Source of the DNA: Candidatus Spongiisociaceae bacterium
GTDB lineage: Bacteria > Actinomycetota > Acidimicrobiia > Spongiisociales > Spongiisociaceae
Reading direction: 5' to 3'
DNA: 64,000 nt
Assembly: GCA_965202665.1 (NCBI GenBank)
Contig: OZ241841.1
Span: forward strand, 1,996,189 to 2,060,188
Both the position numbers and the translations under genes were made by a program. Shown here piece by piece: positions 19,709 through 30,500 of this stretch. The notes beneath the pieces were generated by a model that saw only the letters and a list, made by a program, of their open reading frames with translations, was not told the origin of the DNA and ran no database searches. How positions within the stretch are numbered: position 1 is the stretch's first letter; each line of letters opens with the position of its first letter.

Positions 19709-21258
19709 TCCCCCCGCCCCGCCGGGCTGAGCTACCGGGCGGCGAGCGGGACCGGGTTGCAGTTCGGCTGGAGGGCATTTCCAAACGGTTTCCGGGCGTG
19801 GTGGCTAACGACGACATCAACTTGGAGGTGGAAAAGGGGGAAATTCACGCCATCTGCGGGGAGAACGGGGCGGGTAAGTCCACGCTGATGAAAATCCTCT
19901 ACGGAATGCAACAACCGGACGAAGGCCGTATTGAGATTATGGGGGAGGAGCGGCGATTTTCCTCCCCCAAGGACGCCATCGGTTTGGGGATTGGGATGGT
20001 GCATCAGCATTTTATGCTGGCCGACAACCTGACCGTGTTGGAAAACGTAATTCTGGGAGCGGAGCCGGTGATCGCCGAGGTGATTAATTTCGCCGACGCC
20101 CGGGCCCGGTTGAGCGAGTTGGGGGAGGCGTACGGGCTGAAAGTGGGATTGGACGACCGGGTGGACACGTTGGAGGTGGGGGAGCGGCAACGAATAGAAA
20201 TCATCAAAATCTTGTACCGGGGGGCCCAGATTCTGATTCTGGATGAGCCGACCGCGGTGCTGGTCCCCCAAGAAGTGGAGGAGTTGTTCCGCAATATGCG
20301 GGAGTTGAAAGCCCAGGGACACACCTTGATTTTCATCGACCACAAACTGGACGAGGTGTTGGAAATCGCCGACACCATCAGCGTGTTGCGGGGCGGCCGG
20401 TCGGTGGCGACCGTCAAACCGGAGGAGGTGACCGCCGGGGACTTGGCGGAGCTGATGGTCGGTTCGGAACTGCCCAAGCCCGCCACCACTTCCACCACCG
20501 TAACCGACCGGGCGGTAGTGGAAGCCTCCGATGTTTCGGCGGTGGACGAGGAGGGCGTGGAACGTTTGAAAGGGGTCAGTTTCACGGTGCACGCCGGGGA
20601 GATTGTGGGGGTGGCCGGCGTGGAGGGCAACGGCCAGGCGGAACTGATAGAGGTCCTCCTGGGGATAACTCCGGCCGCCGCCGGCCGGATTTTCCTGCAC
20701 GGCGAGGACGTAACCGAGCTGTCGGTGCGCAAGCGCCGGGAGGCGGGACTGGGGTACATAGCCGAGGACCGCCAACGGAGGGGGCTTCTGCTCACTTCCC
20801 CGGTGTGGGAGAACGCCATTTTGGGTCATCAGACCCGTCCCGAGTTCGTGCGCTCCCGGGTGTGGATCAACGAACGGTCCGCCCGTCGCCATTCCGCCGG
20901 AATGGTGGACCGGTTCGATGTGCGCACCCCGGGGGTGGACACCCCCATTCACGCCCTGTCCGGCGGCAACCAGCAGAAACTGGTGGTGGGGCGGGAAATG
21001 TCGGTGGACTGCAATCCGTTGATAGCCGCCCATCCCACCCGGGGGATAGACGTGGGTTCGCAGGCCGCCATCTGGGAGGATTTGCGGGCCGCCCGGCGGG
21101 GCGGGCAAGCGGTTTTGCTGGTCTCCGCCGACCTGGAGGAGTTGATCGGATTGAGCGACTCCCTGCTGGTGATGCTTAGGGGGGAGATAGCGGCCCGCCT
21201 GGATCCTTCCCGGATCACCCCCCGCCAGTTGGGGGCCTATATGACGGGGGCGGCGTGA
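19705..21258 (+). CDS. ABC transporter ATP-binding protein, duplicated-ATPase CUT2 type (nucleoside/BMP or sugar family)
   Basis: Two ABC cassettes (GENGAGKSTLMKIL and GVEGNGQAELIEVL). Confidence 0.8.
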   Translation: MIPPPRRAELPGGERDRVAVRLEGISKRFPGVVANDDINLEVEKGEIHAICGENGAGKSTLMKILYGMQQPDEGRIEIMGEERRFSSPKDAIGLGIGMVHQHFMLADNLTVLENVILGAEPVIAEVINFADARARLSELGEAYGLKVGLDDRVDTLEVGERQRIEIIKILYRGAQILILDEPTAVLVPQEVEELFRNMRELKAQGHTLIFIDHKLDEVLEIADTISVLRGGRSVATVKPEEVTAGDLAELMVGSELPKPATTSTTVTDRAVVEASDVSAVDEEGVERLKGVSFTVHAGEIVGVAGVEGNGQAELIEVLLGITPAAAGRIFLHGEDVTELSVRKRREAGLGYIAEDRQRRGLLLTSPVWENAILGHQTRPEFVRSRVWINERSARRHSAGMVDRFDVRTPGVDTPIHALSGGNQQKLVVGREMSVDCNPLIAAHPTRGIDVGSQAAIWEDLRAARRGGQAVLLVSADLEELIGLSDSLLVMLRGEIAARLDPSRITPRQLGAYMTGAA

Positions 21259-22397
21259 GAGCGGCGGTCCGCATCGTGGGTCCGCCGGTGGCGGCCCTGC
21301 TGTTGGCGGCGGCGGTGGCCGGGTTGATACTCTTGATCTCCGGGGCCAATCCGCTGGTGGCCTTCGGCAACGTGTGGGAGTACGGTTCCCGGTTGGAAAC
21401 CCTGCTGGAATCTTTGAACCGGGCCACTCCGCTCTACATTTCCGGGATCGCCTTCGCCATCGCCATGCGGATGAACCTGTTTCAAATCGGGGTGGAAGGG
21501 CAGTACATTCTGGCCGCCTTCATGGCCGCTTACGTGGGGGCGGCGGTGGGGCCCCTGTTCCCCCCCCTGCACATCGCCATTATCCTGCTCACCGCCATGG
21601 CGGTGGGGGCGGCCTGGGCGGGTTTGGCCGGGTTGATGAAAATCACCCGCAACGTGCACGAGGTCATCTCCACCATAATGCTCAACGCCATCGCCGTGGC
21701 GGGGGTGGTCTCCTTTCTGCTGGGCCGGTGGGCCATCCCGTTGGAGTCGCTGGACACCCGCTTGGCCGACATTCCCGAAACCGGATGGTTTCCCAGCCTC
21801 AACCCGGTGGTGGAATGGTTCACCCGCGACATCAGACGGGTGGATCTGACCTCTTTCATCTTGGTGGCGGCGGCGGTGGGGGTGGTTTACCACTTGCTGG
21901 TCAACCGCACCCGGCTGGGTTACGACCTGCGGGCCACCGGGGTCAATCCGTGGGCGGCGGAGGCCAGCGGGGTGCCTCCCAAGCGGACCATCATGCTGGC
22001 CATGTTGCTGAGCGGGGCGGTGGCGGGCTTGGTGGGGATGGCCGACCTGTTGGGCGACCAGTATTTCTACAGCCTGCGCTTCCCGCAAGGTTTGGGTTTC
22101 ACCGGCATCGCGGTGGCGTTGGTGGGGCGCAACCACGCGGTGGGGGCGGCCTTTGCCGCCGTCGCCTTCGGCTGGCTGGAGCGGGCCTCCGGGGTGTTGG
22201 AAGTTCGGGGCGACGCTCCGCGGGAGGTGGTCACCATTATGGTGGGGGTGGTGATCCTGTTCGCGGTGATCGCCTACGCCTTGGCCCAGCGCCGGCGCCG
22301 AATTGAAGCGGCGGCCGCGGCCGCCGACCAGATGAAGGAACGGGCCGTCGTCCGGGTCGGGGGATCGGGGGACGACGGGCGGGAGGCTGACATATGA
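21255..22397 (+). CDS. ABC transporter permease (CUT2 family)
   Basis: Polytopic permease; start overlaps the ATPase stop. Confidence 0.8.
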   Translation: MRAAVRIVGPPVAALLLAAAVAGLILLISGANPLVAFGNVWEYGSRLETLLESLNRATPLYISGIAFAIAMRMNLFQIGVEGQYILAAFMAAYVGAAVGPLFPPLHIAIILLTAMAVGAAWAGLAGLMKITRNVHEVISTIMLNAIAVAGVVSFLLGRWAIPLESLDTRLADIPETGWFPSLNPVVEWFTRDIRRVDLTSFILVAAAVGVVYHLLVNRTRLGYDLRATGVNPWAAEASGVPPKRTIMLAMLLSGAVAGLVGMADLLGDQYFYSLRFPQGLGFTGIAVALVGRNHAVGAAFAAVAFGWLERASGVLEVRGDAPREVVTIMVGVVILFAVIAYALAQRRRRIEAAAAAADQMKERAVVRVGGSGDDGREADI

Positions 22398-23671
22398 GCA
22401 TGACCGAAGAGCGGCCGCTCAGCCTTTCCCAGCCGGGGATGCTGCCCCGTTACCGGTGGATACTGTACGGGTTGAGCGGGATTATGTTGCTGGCGGTGAC
22501 CCAGCAGTTCGCCGCCCTGCCCACTGAAGATCTGACCTCCAGCGGCACCTGGTCCATCGCTTTGGCTTGGTCGGTGCCCATTTTGCTGGCCGGCCTGGGC
22601 GGCATGTTCTCCGAACGGGCCGGGATCGTCAACATCGGACTGGAGGGGATGTTGATTCTCGGCACCTGGTTCGGGGCTTACGGAACGGTGGTGGCCGGGC
22701 CGTGGGCGGGGATGCTGATGGCGGGTATCGCCGGGGCGGTGGGCGGACTGATCATGGCCGCGGCCGCGGTCGGATTCAACGTGGATCATATTATCGCCGG
22801 GGTGGCCATCAACCTGATGGCCCCCGGTTTGACCCGCTTCCTGTCCGATGTGCATTTCTCCGACCGGGGCGGCTCCATTACCCAGTCGCCGGTCATCTCC
22901 GGGGTGAGCGATTTCACCTTGCCCATCCTGGCGGGCGGAACCATCCTCGGATGGCGGAGCCCGGACCTGTTGGGGGCGATCGAGCGGTCGGGCTGGTTTT
23001 TCATCTCCGACTTTGCTGGCGTCCTGCGCGGGTTTGTTTTTCAGATGTCCTGGTTCACCCTGCTGGTCTACCTGTTCGTGCCCTTCTCCATTTTCCTGTT
23101 ATGGCGCACCAAGTTCGGCCTGCGGTTGCGCAGTTGCGGCGAGCATCCGCAGGCGGCCGATTCCCTGGGGGTCAACGTTTACAAGTACAAGTACTACGGG
23201 GTGGTGATCAGCGGGGCCCTGGCCGGGGCGGGGGGCGGCTTTCTGGCCATTCAGCTGTCCGGCGTCTACAAGGAGGGGCAGACGCAGGGCAAAGGGTTCA
23301 TCGGTTTGGCCACCATGATTTTCGGCAACTGGAACCCGTTGGGCACTGCCCGGGGGGCCATCCTGTTCGGGTTCACGGAGACCCTGCGCTTGCGGGATCC
23401 CAACGCGGCCCACGGGCTGTTGTTGCTGGTGGTGATCTCGGTGGGTCTTTTAATCCTGTGGCGCATCCTCCGCAAACGGGGCGTGGGAACCTGGCAGTTG
23501 GCGATTGTGGCCATCGCCGTCGGATACTGGTATTTCAACTCCACCGGGGTGCCCAACCAGTTGCCGGCCATCACCCCCCACATCGTGGTGCTGGTGGTTC
23601 TCCTGTTCGCCACCTCCCGATTGCGTCCGCCCGCCTCCGCCGGCCTGCCCTACCGCAAGGGCGAAGATTAG
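22394..23671 (+). CDS. ABC transporter permease (CUT2 family, second subunit)
   Basis: Polytopic permease; start overlaps the preceding stop. Confidence 0.8.
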   Translation: MSMTEERPLSLSQPGMLPRYRWILYGLSGIMLLAVTQQFAALPTEDLTSSGTWSIALAWSVPILLAGLGGMFSERAGIVNIGLEGMLILGTWFGAYGTVVAGPWAGMLMAGIAGAVGGLIMAAAAVGFNVDHIIAGVAINLMAPGLTRFLSDVHFSDRGGSITQSPVISGVSDFTLPILAGGTILGWRSPDLLGAIERSGWFFISDFAGVLRGFVFQMSWFTLLVYLFVPFSIFLLWRTKFGLRLRSCGEHPQAADSLGVNVYKYKYYGVVISGALAGAGGGFLAIQLSGVYKEGQTQGKGFIGLATMIFGNWNPLGTARGAILFGFTETLRLRDPNAAHGLLLLVVISVGLLILWRILRKRGVGTWQLAIVAIAVGYWYFNSTGVPNQLPAITPHIVVLVVLLFATSRLRPPASAGLPYRKGED

Positions 23672-23691
23672 CTGTTCCGCGAGGTCCCGGC

Positions 23692-24531
23692 ATGGTTGAG
23701 ATCATCCCCCACATCGACGATATCGGGGTCACGTTGGGGTCGGTGCGGGCCATGGAGGAGCTGGCCGGCCGGGGGTTTGTCACTTCCGGTTCGGTTATGG
23801 CCCCCTGTCCCTGGTTGGCGGAGGCGGCCGCCCTGTCCGCCCGCCGCCCGGAGCTGGATCTGGGTCTGCATCTCACGCTCACCTCCGAGTCGGCGCGTAT
23901 GCGCTGGCGGCCCCTTTCCACCCGCTCCCCCGCCTCCGGGTTGATCGACGGGGACGGGTTCATGTGGCCCACGGTTCCGCAGTTGCGGGCCAACGCCCAT
24001 CCGGGGGCGGTGGAGGAGGAACTGGAAGCCCAGATTGAGGCGGCCCGCCGGGCGGGGATGGAGCCCACCCATCTGGATCATCATATGGGAGCGGCTTTCG
24101 CTCCCGAGTTCGCCGCTCTGACCGTGCGCATCGCCCGTCGCCGCCGGTTGCCGGTTTTGATACCGGCCGACCCGGCCGCCTACGCGGGGGTTCTGGAGTG
24201 GGGGGAGGCCGATATGCGGGTTCTGGAGGAGGTGCGGGACCGGGAGCAAGCCGCCGGCGCGGTGTTGGCGGACCGGTTTTTGATGGGTCTGGCCTTCCAA
24301 GACGAGGAGCCCGACGCGGTTTATCGGCGTTTTTTGGCTGAAGCGGAGGGTTTGACTTTTCTGTCGTTGCACTGCGACTCCCCCGGCGAGGTTACGGCCG
24401 TCCACCCCAACGACGCCGGCTGGCGCATCGCCGAATACGAGTGGGTCAAAGCGGGGGCCGCCCCTCTGCCCGACGGAGTCCGCCTGACGGACTTCCGGTC
24501 GCTGTCCGCCCGCTGGCGTTGGCCTGCCTAA
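23692..24531 (+). CDS. ChbG/YdjC-family carbohydrate deacetylase-like protein
   Basis: MVEIIPHIDDIGVTLGSVRAMEEL...GSVMAPCPW is a YdjC-like N-terminus. The internal ATG at 23692 is chosen because ORF 22567..24531 otherwise runs in an alternative frame across the permease. Confidence 0.65.
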   Translation: MVEIIPHIDDIGVTLGSVRAMEELAGRGFVTSGSVMAPCPWLAEAAALSARRPELDLGLHLTLTSESARMRWRPLSTRSPASGLIDGDGFMWPTVPQLRANAHPGAVEEELEAQIEAARRAGMEPTHLDHHMGAAFAPEFAALTVRIARRRRLPVLIPADPAAYAGVLEWGEADMRVLEEVRDREQAAGAVLADRFLMGLAFQDEEPDAVYRRFLAEAEGLTFLSLHCDSPGEVTAVHPNDAGWRIAEYEWVKAGAAPLPDGVRLTDFRSLSARWRWPA

Positions 24532-24570
24532 AGGTTCCGAGAACAATGCAAACCCGCCCGAAATTTCGGA

Positions 24571-24790
24571 GTTTGACAGAGTTTATGCGTTTCGCATAAG
24601 GTTGATAAGGTGGGGTTAGGTTTGTATAACTCTCCATCAGCGAGGAAGTTTGACAGAGTTTATGCGTTTCGCATAAGGTTGATAAGGTGGGGTTAGGTTT
24701 GTATAACTCTCCATCAGCGAGGAAGTTTGACAGAGTTTATGCGTTTCGCATAAGGTTGATAAAGTATAGTAAGGTCTGAATAACTATGGA
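24571..24790. repeat. tandem direct repeat, 77-bp unit x 2 identical copies + 1 diverged copy, each with promoter-like hexamers and a 17-bp palindrome
   Basis: Units 24571-24647 and 24648-24724 are identical. Unit 3 (24725-24790) diverges in its distal half and runs into the ATPase start codon. Not a CRISPR array: units abut with no spacers. Confidence 0.85.
24583..24753 (+). promoter_or_regulatory. three evenly spaced copies of the perfect palindrome TTATGCG-TTT-CGCATAA (candidate operator array), plus a TTGATA-N17-TATAAC promoter-like element in each of the two identical units
   Basis: Palindromes at 24583-24599, 24660-24676 and 24737-24753. TTGACA and TTGATA hexamers. A further palindrome CCGAAATTTCGG at 24558-24569. 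Confidence 0.5.
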
Positions 24791-25970
24791 CGTAAACGAA
24801 AATCCGTATCGCCCCGGAGCCGGTACCAGGCCTCCGGTGCTGAGAGGACGCGATGATCTATTCGCCCGCTTCGAGGGCATAGTAGAACATGCACTCCGCG
24901 GGCGGCCCGGTAAAAGCTTGGTGTTGCTGGGCTTGCGCGGCGTCGGCAAGACCGTGTTGTTGAACCAGTTCGTCAGTCTCGCCGAGCAGAAGGGTTACAG
25001 CACGGGACATATGGAGGCCGATGAATCCCAGGACCTGCGTTTGTTGATGGCCATGCGCCTGCGTCGGATTCTGCTGGCCTTGCAAAGACGACGCCCGTCG
25101 CAAAAAATTATGCGGGCGTTGCGGATACTGAAAGCCTTCAGCTACCAGTTGCCGGATGGTTCCCTTGTCACTTTGGATGTGGAGGCGTTGCGGGGTTACG
25201 CCGATTCCGGCGTTATCGGCGATGACCTAACGGATTTGCTGGTCGCCGTAGGGGAGGCGGCCGCAGGCCAGGAGCGAGGCGTGCTGTTGGCGGTAGATGA
25301 AATTCAGTATTTGGCGAAAGAGGAGTTGGGAGGGTTGATTGCCGCTATTCACCGTACCACCCAACTGGATCTTCCGGTGGTGCTGGTGGGAGCCGGCCTG
25401 CCCCAGTTGCCCAAATTGGCGGGTGAGGCTAAATCTTACTCGGAACGGTTGTTTGAATTTCCCTTTGTCAACTCTTTGTCGGAGGAAGACGCCGCGGCCG
25501 CCATCGCCCTGCCGGCGGCGCCGTTGGGAGTGGAGTTTGCGGACGCCGCCTTGGAAGCCATCTTCGCCAACTCAAAAGGCTATCCGTATTTTCTGCAGGG
25601 TTGGGGTTATTACGTATGGAATGAGGCCGGCGTCTCTCCGGTTGGTCCGGAGGCGGTGCGGGCCGCGGCCGAGTTGGTCGTCAAGCATCTGGATCGCGAT
25701 TTCTATGCGATGCGCTTTGATCGCTTGACTCTCAAAGAAAAAACATATTTACGGACTATGGCCGAATTCAAATCCAGCAAGATACGCTCCGGGGATATCG
25801 CCGCCCGCCTCGGGGTTCCGGTGGAGAACGCCGCTCCCCGGCGCAGCGCCTTGATCCGGAAGGGCATGATTTACAGTCCCGGGTACGGCGAGACGGCTTT
25901 CACCGTCCCCATGTTTGACGATTTTTTGCGGCGGCAGATGCCGGATTTTCAGGCGGCGACGGGCGATTGA
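24786..25970 (+). CDS. AAA_16/STAND-like ATP-binding protein with C-terminal winged-helix domain
   Basis: N-terminal NPYRPGAG..PPVLRGRDDL followed by Walker A GLRGVGKT and Walker B LLAVDEIQ. Codon usage is visibly AT-richer than the host genes (gta, ata, aaa, tta codons). Confidence 0.65.
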   Translation: MDVNENPYRPGAGTRPPVLRGRDDLFARFEGIVEHALRGRPGKSLVLLGLRGVGKTVLLNQFVSLAEQKGYSTGHMEADESQDLRLLMAMRLRRILLALQRRRPSQKIMRALRILKAFSYQLPDGSLVTLDVEALRGYADSGVIGDDLTDLLVAVGEAAAGQERGVLLAVDEIQYLAKEELGGLIAAIHRTTQLDLPVVLVGAGLPQLPKLAGEAKSYSERLFEFPFVNSLSEEDAAAAIALPAAPLGVEFADAALEAIFANSKGYPYFLQGWGYYVWNEAGVSPVGPEAVRAAAELVVKHLDRDFYAMRFDRLTLKEKTYLRTMAEFKSSKIRSGDIAARLGVPVENAAPRRSALIRKGMIYSPGYGETAFTVPMFDDFLRRQMPDFQAATGD

Positions 25971-26160
25971 CGGCTGGTTGGATTTGGCGGCCGGCCGGGT
26001 ATGGCGTATAATGCTTCCCTTGCGTCCGCTTGCGGGCGGGCGCGCGACCGTAGACAGCCGGCGCCGTAAAGCGTAAGCGGCCCGTTCGGGTCCGCCTGCC
26101 GAGGTCCTTCCCGGTCTCCGGGCGGCTGTCGCGGGTGGAGCAGAGCCAAGGAGAGACCAA
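25971..26160 (+). promoter_or_regulatory. rplJ 5' leader (possible L10 autoregulatory leader)
   Basis: 190-nt GC-rich structured untranslated region immediately upstream of rplJ. Position only; consensus not verified. Confidence 0.3.
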
Positions 26161-26859
26161 ATGCCCCGACCGGACAAGGTCCAGGCAGTCGAAGATATCA
26201 AGCAACGGTTCCAGAATGCCTCAGCCGCTTTCCTGACTGAATATCGCGGGTTGCCGGTGGCCCGCCAGCAGGAACTGCGCGGGGCCCTGCACGACGCCGG
26301 GGCCGGATACAAGGTGCTGAAAATGTCCCTTACCCGCCGGGCGTTGGACGAGCTGGGGATGGAGGGGCTAGATGAATGGCTGACCGGCCCCACCGCCATC
26401 GCGTTCACCGGCGATGATCCCGTTCCGGCCGCCCGCGCCCTAGCCGACTTCGCCAAGGCGAACGACGCCTTTTTAATTAAGGGGGGATGGTTCAACGGGG
26501 AGGCCATCCCGTCGGAAGTGGTTTCCCGGCTGGCCAACATCGACTCCCGCGAGGCGCTGTTGGCCAAAACGGCGGGCGCTTTTAAAGGGCCCCTCAACAA
26601 GATGGCGGCGGTTATGGGTTCTTTCACCCGAGAGGCCGCCTCCCTGTTCTCCGCCCTGTTGGAACGCAAAGAGGAGATACCGTCGGAGGCCGCCCCCGTC
26701 GCCGGCGGCTCCGAAGAGCCGGCTCCGCCGGCCCAGGATGCCGCCCCGGCCCCCGATGTTGATTCCGAGTCCGTTCCTACCGCCGCGGCCGGAGAAGACG
26801 ACGAAGCGGACGGGGCGGAGGGCGCCGACCCCGATCAGATCACCCAAGACAATCAATAA
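26161..26859 (+). CDS. rplJ: 50S ribosomal protein L10, with acidic C-terminal extension
   Basis: L10 fold sequence; D/E/A/P-rich tail. Confidence 0.9.
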   Translation: MPRPDKVQAVEDIKQRFQNASAAFLTEYRGLPVARQQELRGALHDAGAGYKVLKMSLTRRALDELGMEGLDEWLTGPTAIAFTGDDPVPAARALADFAKANDAFLIKGGWFNGEAIPSEVVSRLANIDSREALLAKTAGAFKGPLNKMAAVMGSFTREAASLFSALLERKEEIPSEAAPVAGGSEEPAPPAQDAAPAPDVDSESVPTAAAGEDDEADGAEGADPDQITQDNQ

Positions 26860-26875
26860 CGCGAAAGGACAAGCA

Positions 26876-27262
26876 ATGGCCAAAATGACCACCGACGAAC
26901 TGCTGGGCGTGTTCGAGGAGATGACCGTCCTGGAGTTGAAAGAGTTCCTAGACGCCTTCGAGGAGCGCTTCGATGTCACCGCGGCCGCCCCGGTGGCGAT
27001 GGCCGCCATGCCCGCCGGCGACGGCGCGGGCGCGGCCGAAGAAGAGGAAAAAGACGAGTTCGACGTGGTGCTCCTCGGCCCCGGCGACCAAAAGATCCAG
27101 GTGATCAAAGAAGTTCGGGCCCTCACCGGCTTGGGATTGAAGGAGGCCAAAGCGGTGGTGGACGACGCTCCGGGCGCCGTCTTGGAAGGGGCCTCCAAGG
27201 AGGAAGCGGAGGCGGCCCGGGACAAGATCGCCGCCGTGGGCGGGCAGGTGGAAATCCGATAA
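26876..27262 (+). CDS. rplL: 50S ribosomal protein L7/L12
   Basis: [30 protein letters not shown]...; internal ATG of ORF 26738..27262. Confidence 0.9.
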   Translation: MAKMTTDELLGVFEEMTVLELKEFLDAFEERFDVTAAAPVAMAAMPAGDGAGAAEEEEKDEFDVVLLGPGDQKIQVIKEVRALTGLGLKEAKAVVDDAPGAVLEGASKEEAEAARDKIAAVGGQVEIR

Positions 27263-27564
27263 CCGCCGCCGTCCGGCCCCCGATTTGACAAGCCGCGCCG
27301 GCATCTGTTACGATGGCGACACACAAGTAGATCCGGTTTCCCCGTCGCCCGCCCGCAGGCGCGCGGGTCCGGGTTGCAATAACAGCCCGCCCCAAGCCGG
27401 GCTCCCCGATCCGGTATCGGCGGCTTGCGGCGATGGAAACGGCAGGTACGGGTTGCGCCCGCCTGTCTTTGCTGTGCCAGATTAAGTCGGCCGACGTTCG
27501 ATACCGGGCCCCGTCGGATGCCGGGCGGCTTGCCGGTTGCTATAGGGGGATAACCCCAAGGAGG

Positions 27565-30500
27565 ATGCTCTTGGCCGCTATCCGCGTCGCCGACCGCCTG
27601 TCGTTTTCCCAAATCCGGGAGGTGGTTCCCCTGCCGGATCTGCTTTCCGTGCAACACGACTCCTTCCGCCACTTCCTGGAAGAGGGGCTGGGGCGGATTT
27701 TCGAGCAGATCTCCCCGATAGAGGACTTTTCGGGGATGCTGGCCTTGGAAATCGGCGATCATCAGTTCGGCCCCGCCCCCCTCACCCCCGATGAGGCCAA
27801 GATGCAGGACGCCAACTACGCCCGCCCGTTGCGGTTCAAAGCCCGGTTCATCAACCGCAACACCGGGGAGATCAAGGAACAGGAGGTGTTCCTAGGCGAT
27901 TTCCCGATGATGACCGAAAAGGGCACGTTCATCATCAACGGCACCGAGCGGGTGGTGGTCAGCCAGTTGGTGCGCTCGCCCGGCATCTACTACGACCGGT
28001 CGGTGGACAAATCCACGCTCAAAGATTTGTACAGCAACAAGGTGATTCCCGGCCGAGGGGCCTGGCTGGAAATGGACATCGACAAGAAGAACACGGTGGG
28101 GGTGCGGGTGGACCGCAAACGCCGTCAGTACGTCACCGCCTTCCTGCGCGCCCTCGGTTTGGCGGAGAGCGATGAGCAGATACTGGCAATGTTCGATGGG
28201 GCGGGGTCCATCCGCAACACGTTGGAGCAGGACCCGATCACCGACCCGGAGGAGGCCCTGCTGGATCTCTACAAAAAACTCCGTCCCGGCGAGCCTTCCA
28301 CGGTGGAGTCGGCCCGGGGGCTGGTCTCCCAGCTGTTCAAAAACGAAAAACGCTACGACCTGACTCCGGTGGGCCGTTACAAGGTGAATCAGAAGTTCCG
28401 CAATCCCGATGACTTCGCCGCCGGGGACAACCTCCTCCAAGACGAGGACATTATCGACTCCATCAAATACCTGGTGTGCCTGCATGCCGGAGAAGCCTCC
28501 ATGACTTCGCAGTTGGGGATGCAGGTGGGCGTGGGGGTGGACGACATCGACCATTTCGGCAATCGCCGGGTGCGCACCGTGGGGGAGCTGATCCAGAACC
28601 AGTTGCGCATGGGTCTGGCCCGCTTGGAGCGGCAGGCCCGGGAGCGGATGAGCACCCAGGAGAGCGATGCTATCACCCCCCAGTCCCTGGTCAACATCCG
28701 TCCGGTGGTGGGGGCCATCAAAGAGTTCTTCGGCTCCAGCCAGTTGAGCCAGCTGATGGATCAGCCCAACCCGCTGGCCGGACTCACCCATCGCCGCCGC
28801 CTGTCGGCCCTGGGACCGGGAGGTTTGACCCGGGAGCGGGCCGGGTTCGAGGTGCGGGACGTGCATCCTTCCCACTATGGCCGGATGTGCCCCATCGAGA
28901 CCCCGGAGGGCCCCAACATCGGATTGATCGGTTCGTTGGCCACCTACGCCCGCATCAACCCGCACGGCTTCATCGAGACTCCCTACCACAAGGTGACCGA
29001 CCGCAAGGTCAGCACCAAAGTGGAGTACCTGACCGCCTCCGAGGAGGAGCAGTACGTAATCGCCCAGGCCAACGCCCCTTTGGACACCGACCGGGTTTTT
29101 GTAAGAGATCGGGTGCTGGTGCGCCGCCGGGACGATGATGTTGCTTTTGTCAGCCCGGACGAGGTGGACTATATGGATGTGTCCCCCAAGCAGATCGTGT
29201 CGGTGGCCACCTCCCTCATCCCTTTCTTGGAGCACGATGACGCCAACCGGGCCCTGATGGGTTCCAACATGCAACGGCAGGCGGTTCCCTTGGTGCGCAC
29301 CGAATCCCCCCTGGTCGGCACCGGGGTGGAGTATTGGGCGGCCCGGGACTCGGGGGAGATGTTGCTCTCCCCGGCGGCGGGGGAAGTGACGTTGGTGTCG
29401 GGGGATGAAGTTCACATCAAGGAGGAAGGCGCCAACCGCAAGCATCGGCTCCGGTTGCGCAAGTTCGAACGTTCCAACCAGGGGACTTCGGTTAATCAGA
29501 AGCCGGTCGTGACGGTAGGTCAGAAGGTCAAAAAAGACGACATTCTGGCGGACGGACCCTCCACCGCCGCCGGAGAGCTGGCTTTGGGCAAGAACCTGTT
29601 GACCGCCTTTATGCCCTGGAAGGGGCACAACTTCGAAGATGCCATAGTGGTCAGCGAACGGCTGGTGAAAGACGATGTTTTAACTTCGGTGCACATCGAC
29701 GAGCATGAGATCGAGGCCCGCGACACCCGGGCTGGCGACGAGGAGATTACCCGCGATATTCCCAACGTGGCCGAGGAGTCGTTGCGCAACCTGGACGAAG
29801 ACGGGATCATCCGGGTGGGGTCGGTGGTGGAGGCGGGCGACTACCTGGTGGGCAAGGTGGCCCCCAAGGGCGACTCGGAGATGACGCCCGAGGAGCGCCT
29901 GTTGCGTGCCATCTTCGGGGAGAAAGCCCGCGAGGTACGGGATGTGTCGTTGCGGGTTCCGCACGGCGAGTCGGGCAAGGTGATCGGGGTGCAGGTGTTC
30001 AGCCGGGACCAAGGGGCTGAGAACCTGAACGCTGGGGTCAGCCAGAAGGTGCGGGTCTACGTAGCCAGCCAGCGCAAAATCTCCGAAGGGGACAAGCTGG
30101 CCGGGCGGCACGGCAACAAGGGGGTCATCGCCAAGGTTCTGCCCGAAGAGGACATGCCCTTTTTGGCCGACGGCACCCCGGTGGATATTGTCCTGTCCCC
30201 GCTGGGAGTTCCCTCCCGGATGAACTTGGGCCAGGTGCTGGAAACCCATCTGGGGTGGGCGGCCGCCCAGGGTTGGCGCCCGTTCGATCCCCAAACCGGG
30301 CGTCCGGTGGAAAGCAACGGCGGGCCTGGCAAAAAACCGGAGAAGCCCAGCGACGGTTCGCCCCGCTGGTCCCGGTTGGCCACCCCGGTGTTCGACGGGG
30401 CCAAAGAAGAGCAGATCACCAACGTGATCGCCAACTCCCTGCCCAACCGGGACGGGGAGCGGCTGGTGAACGAAGACGGGAAAGCGATACTGTACGACGG

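Noticed and set aside
24571-24790. Tandem 77-bp repeats considered as a CRISPR array
   Set aside because: The units are contiguous identical copies with no unique spacers, and they carry promoter hexamers plus a palindrome. That fits an operator/iteron-like array, not a repeat-spacer structure.
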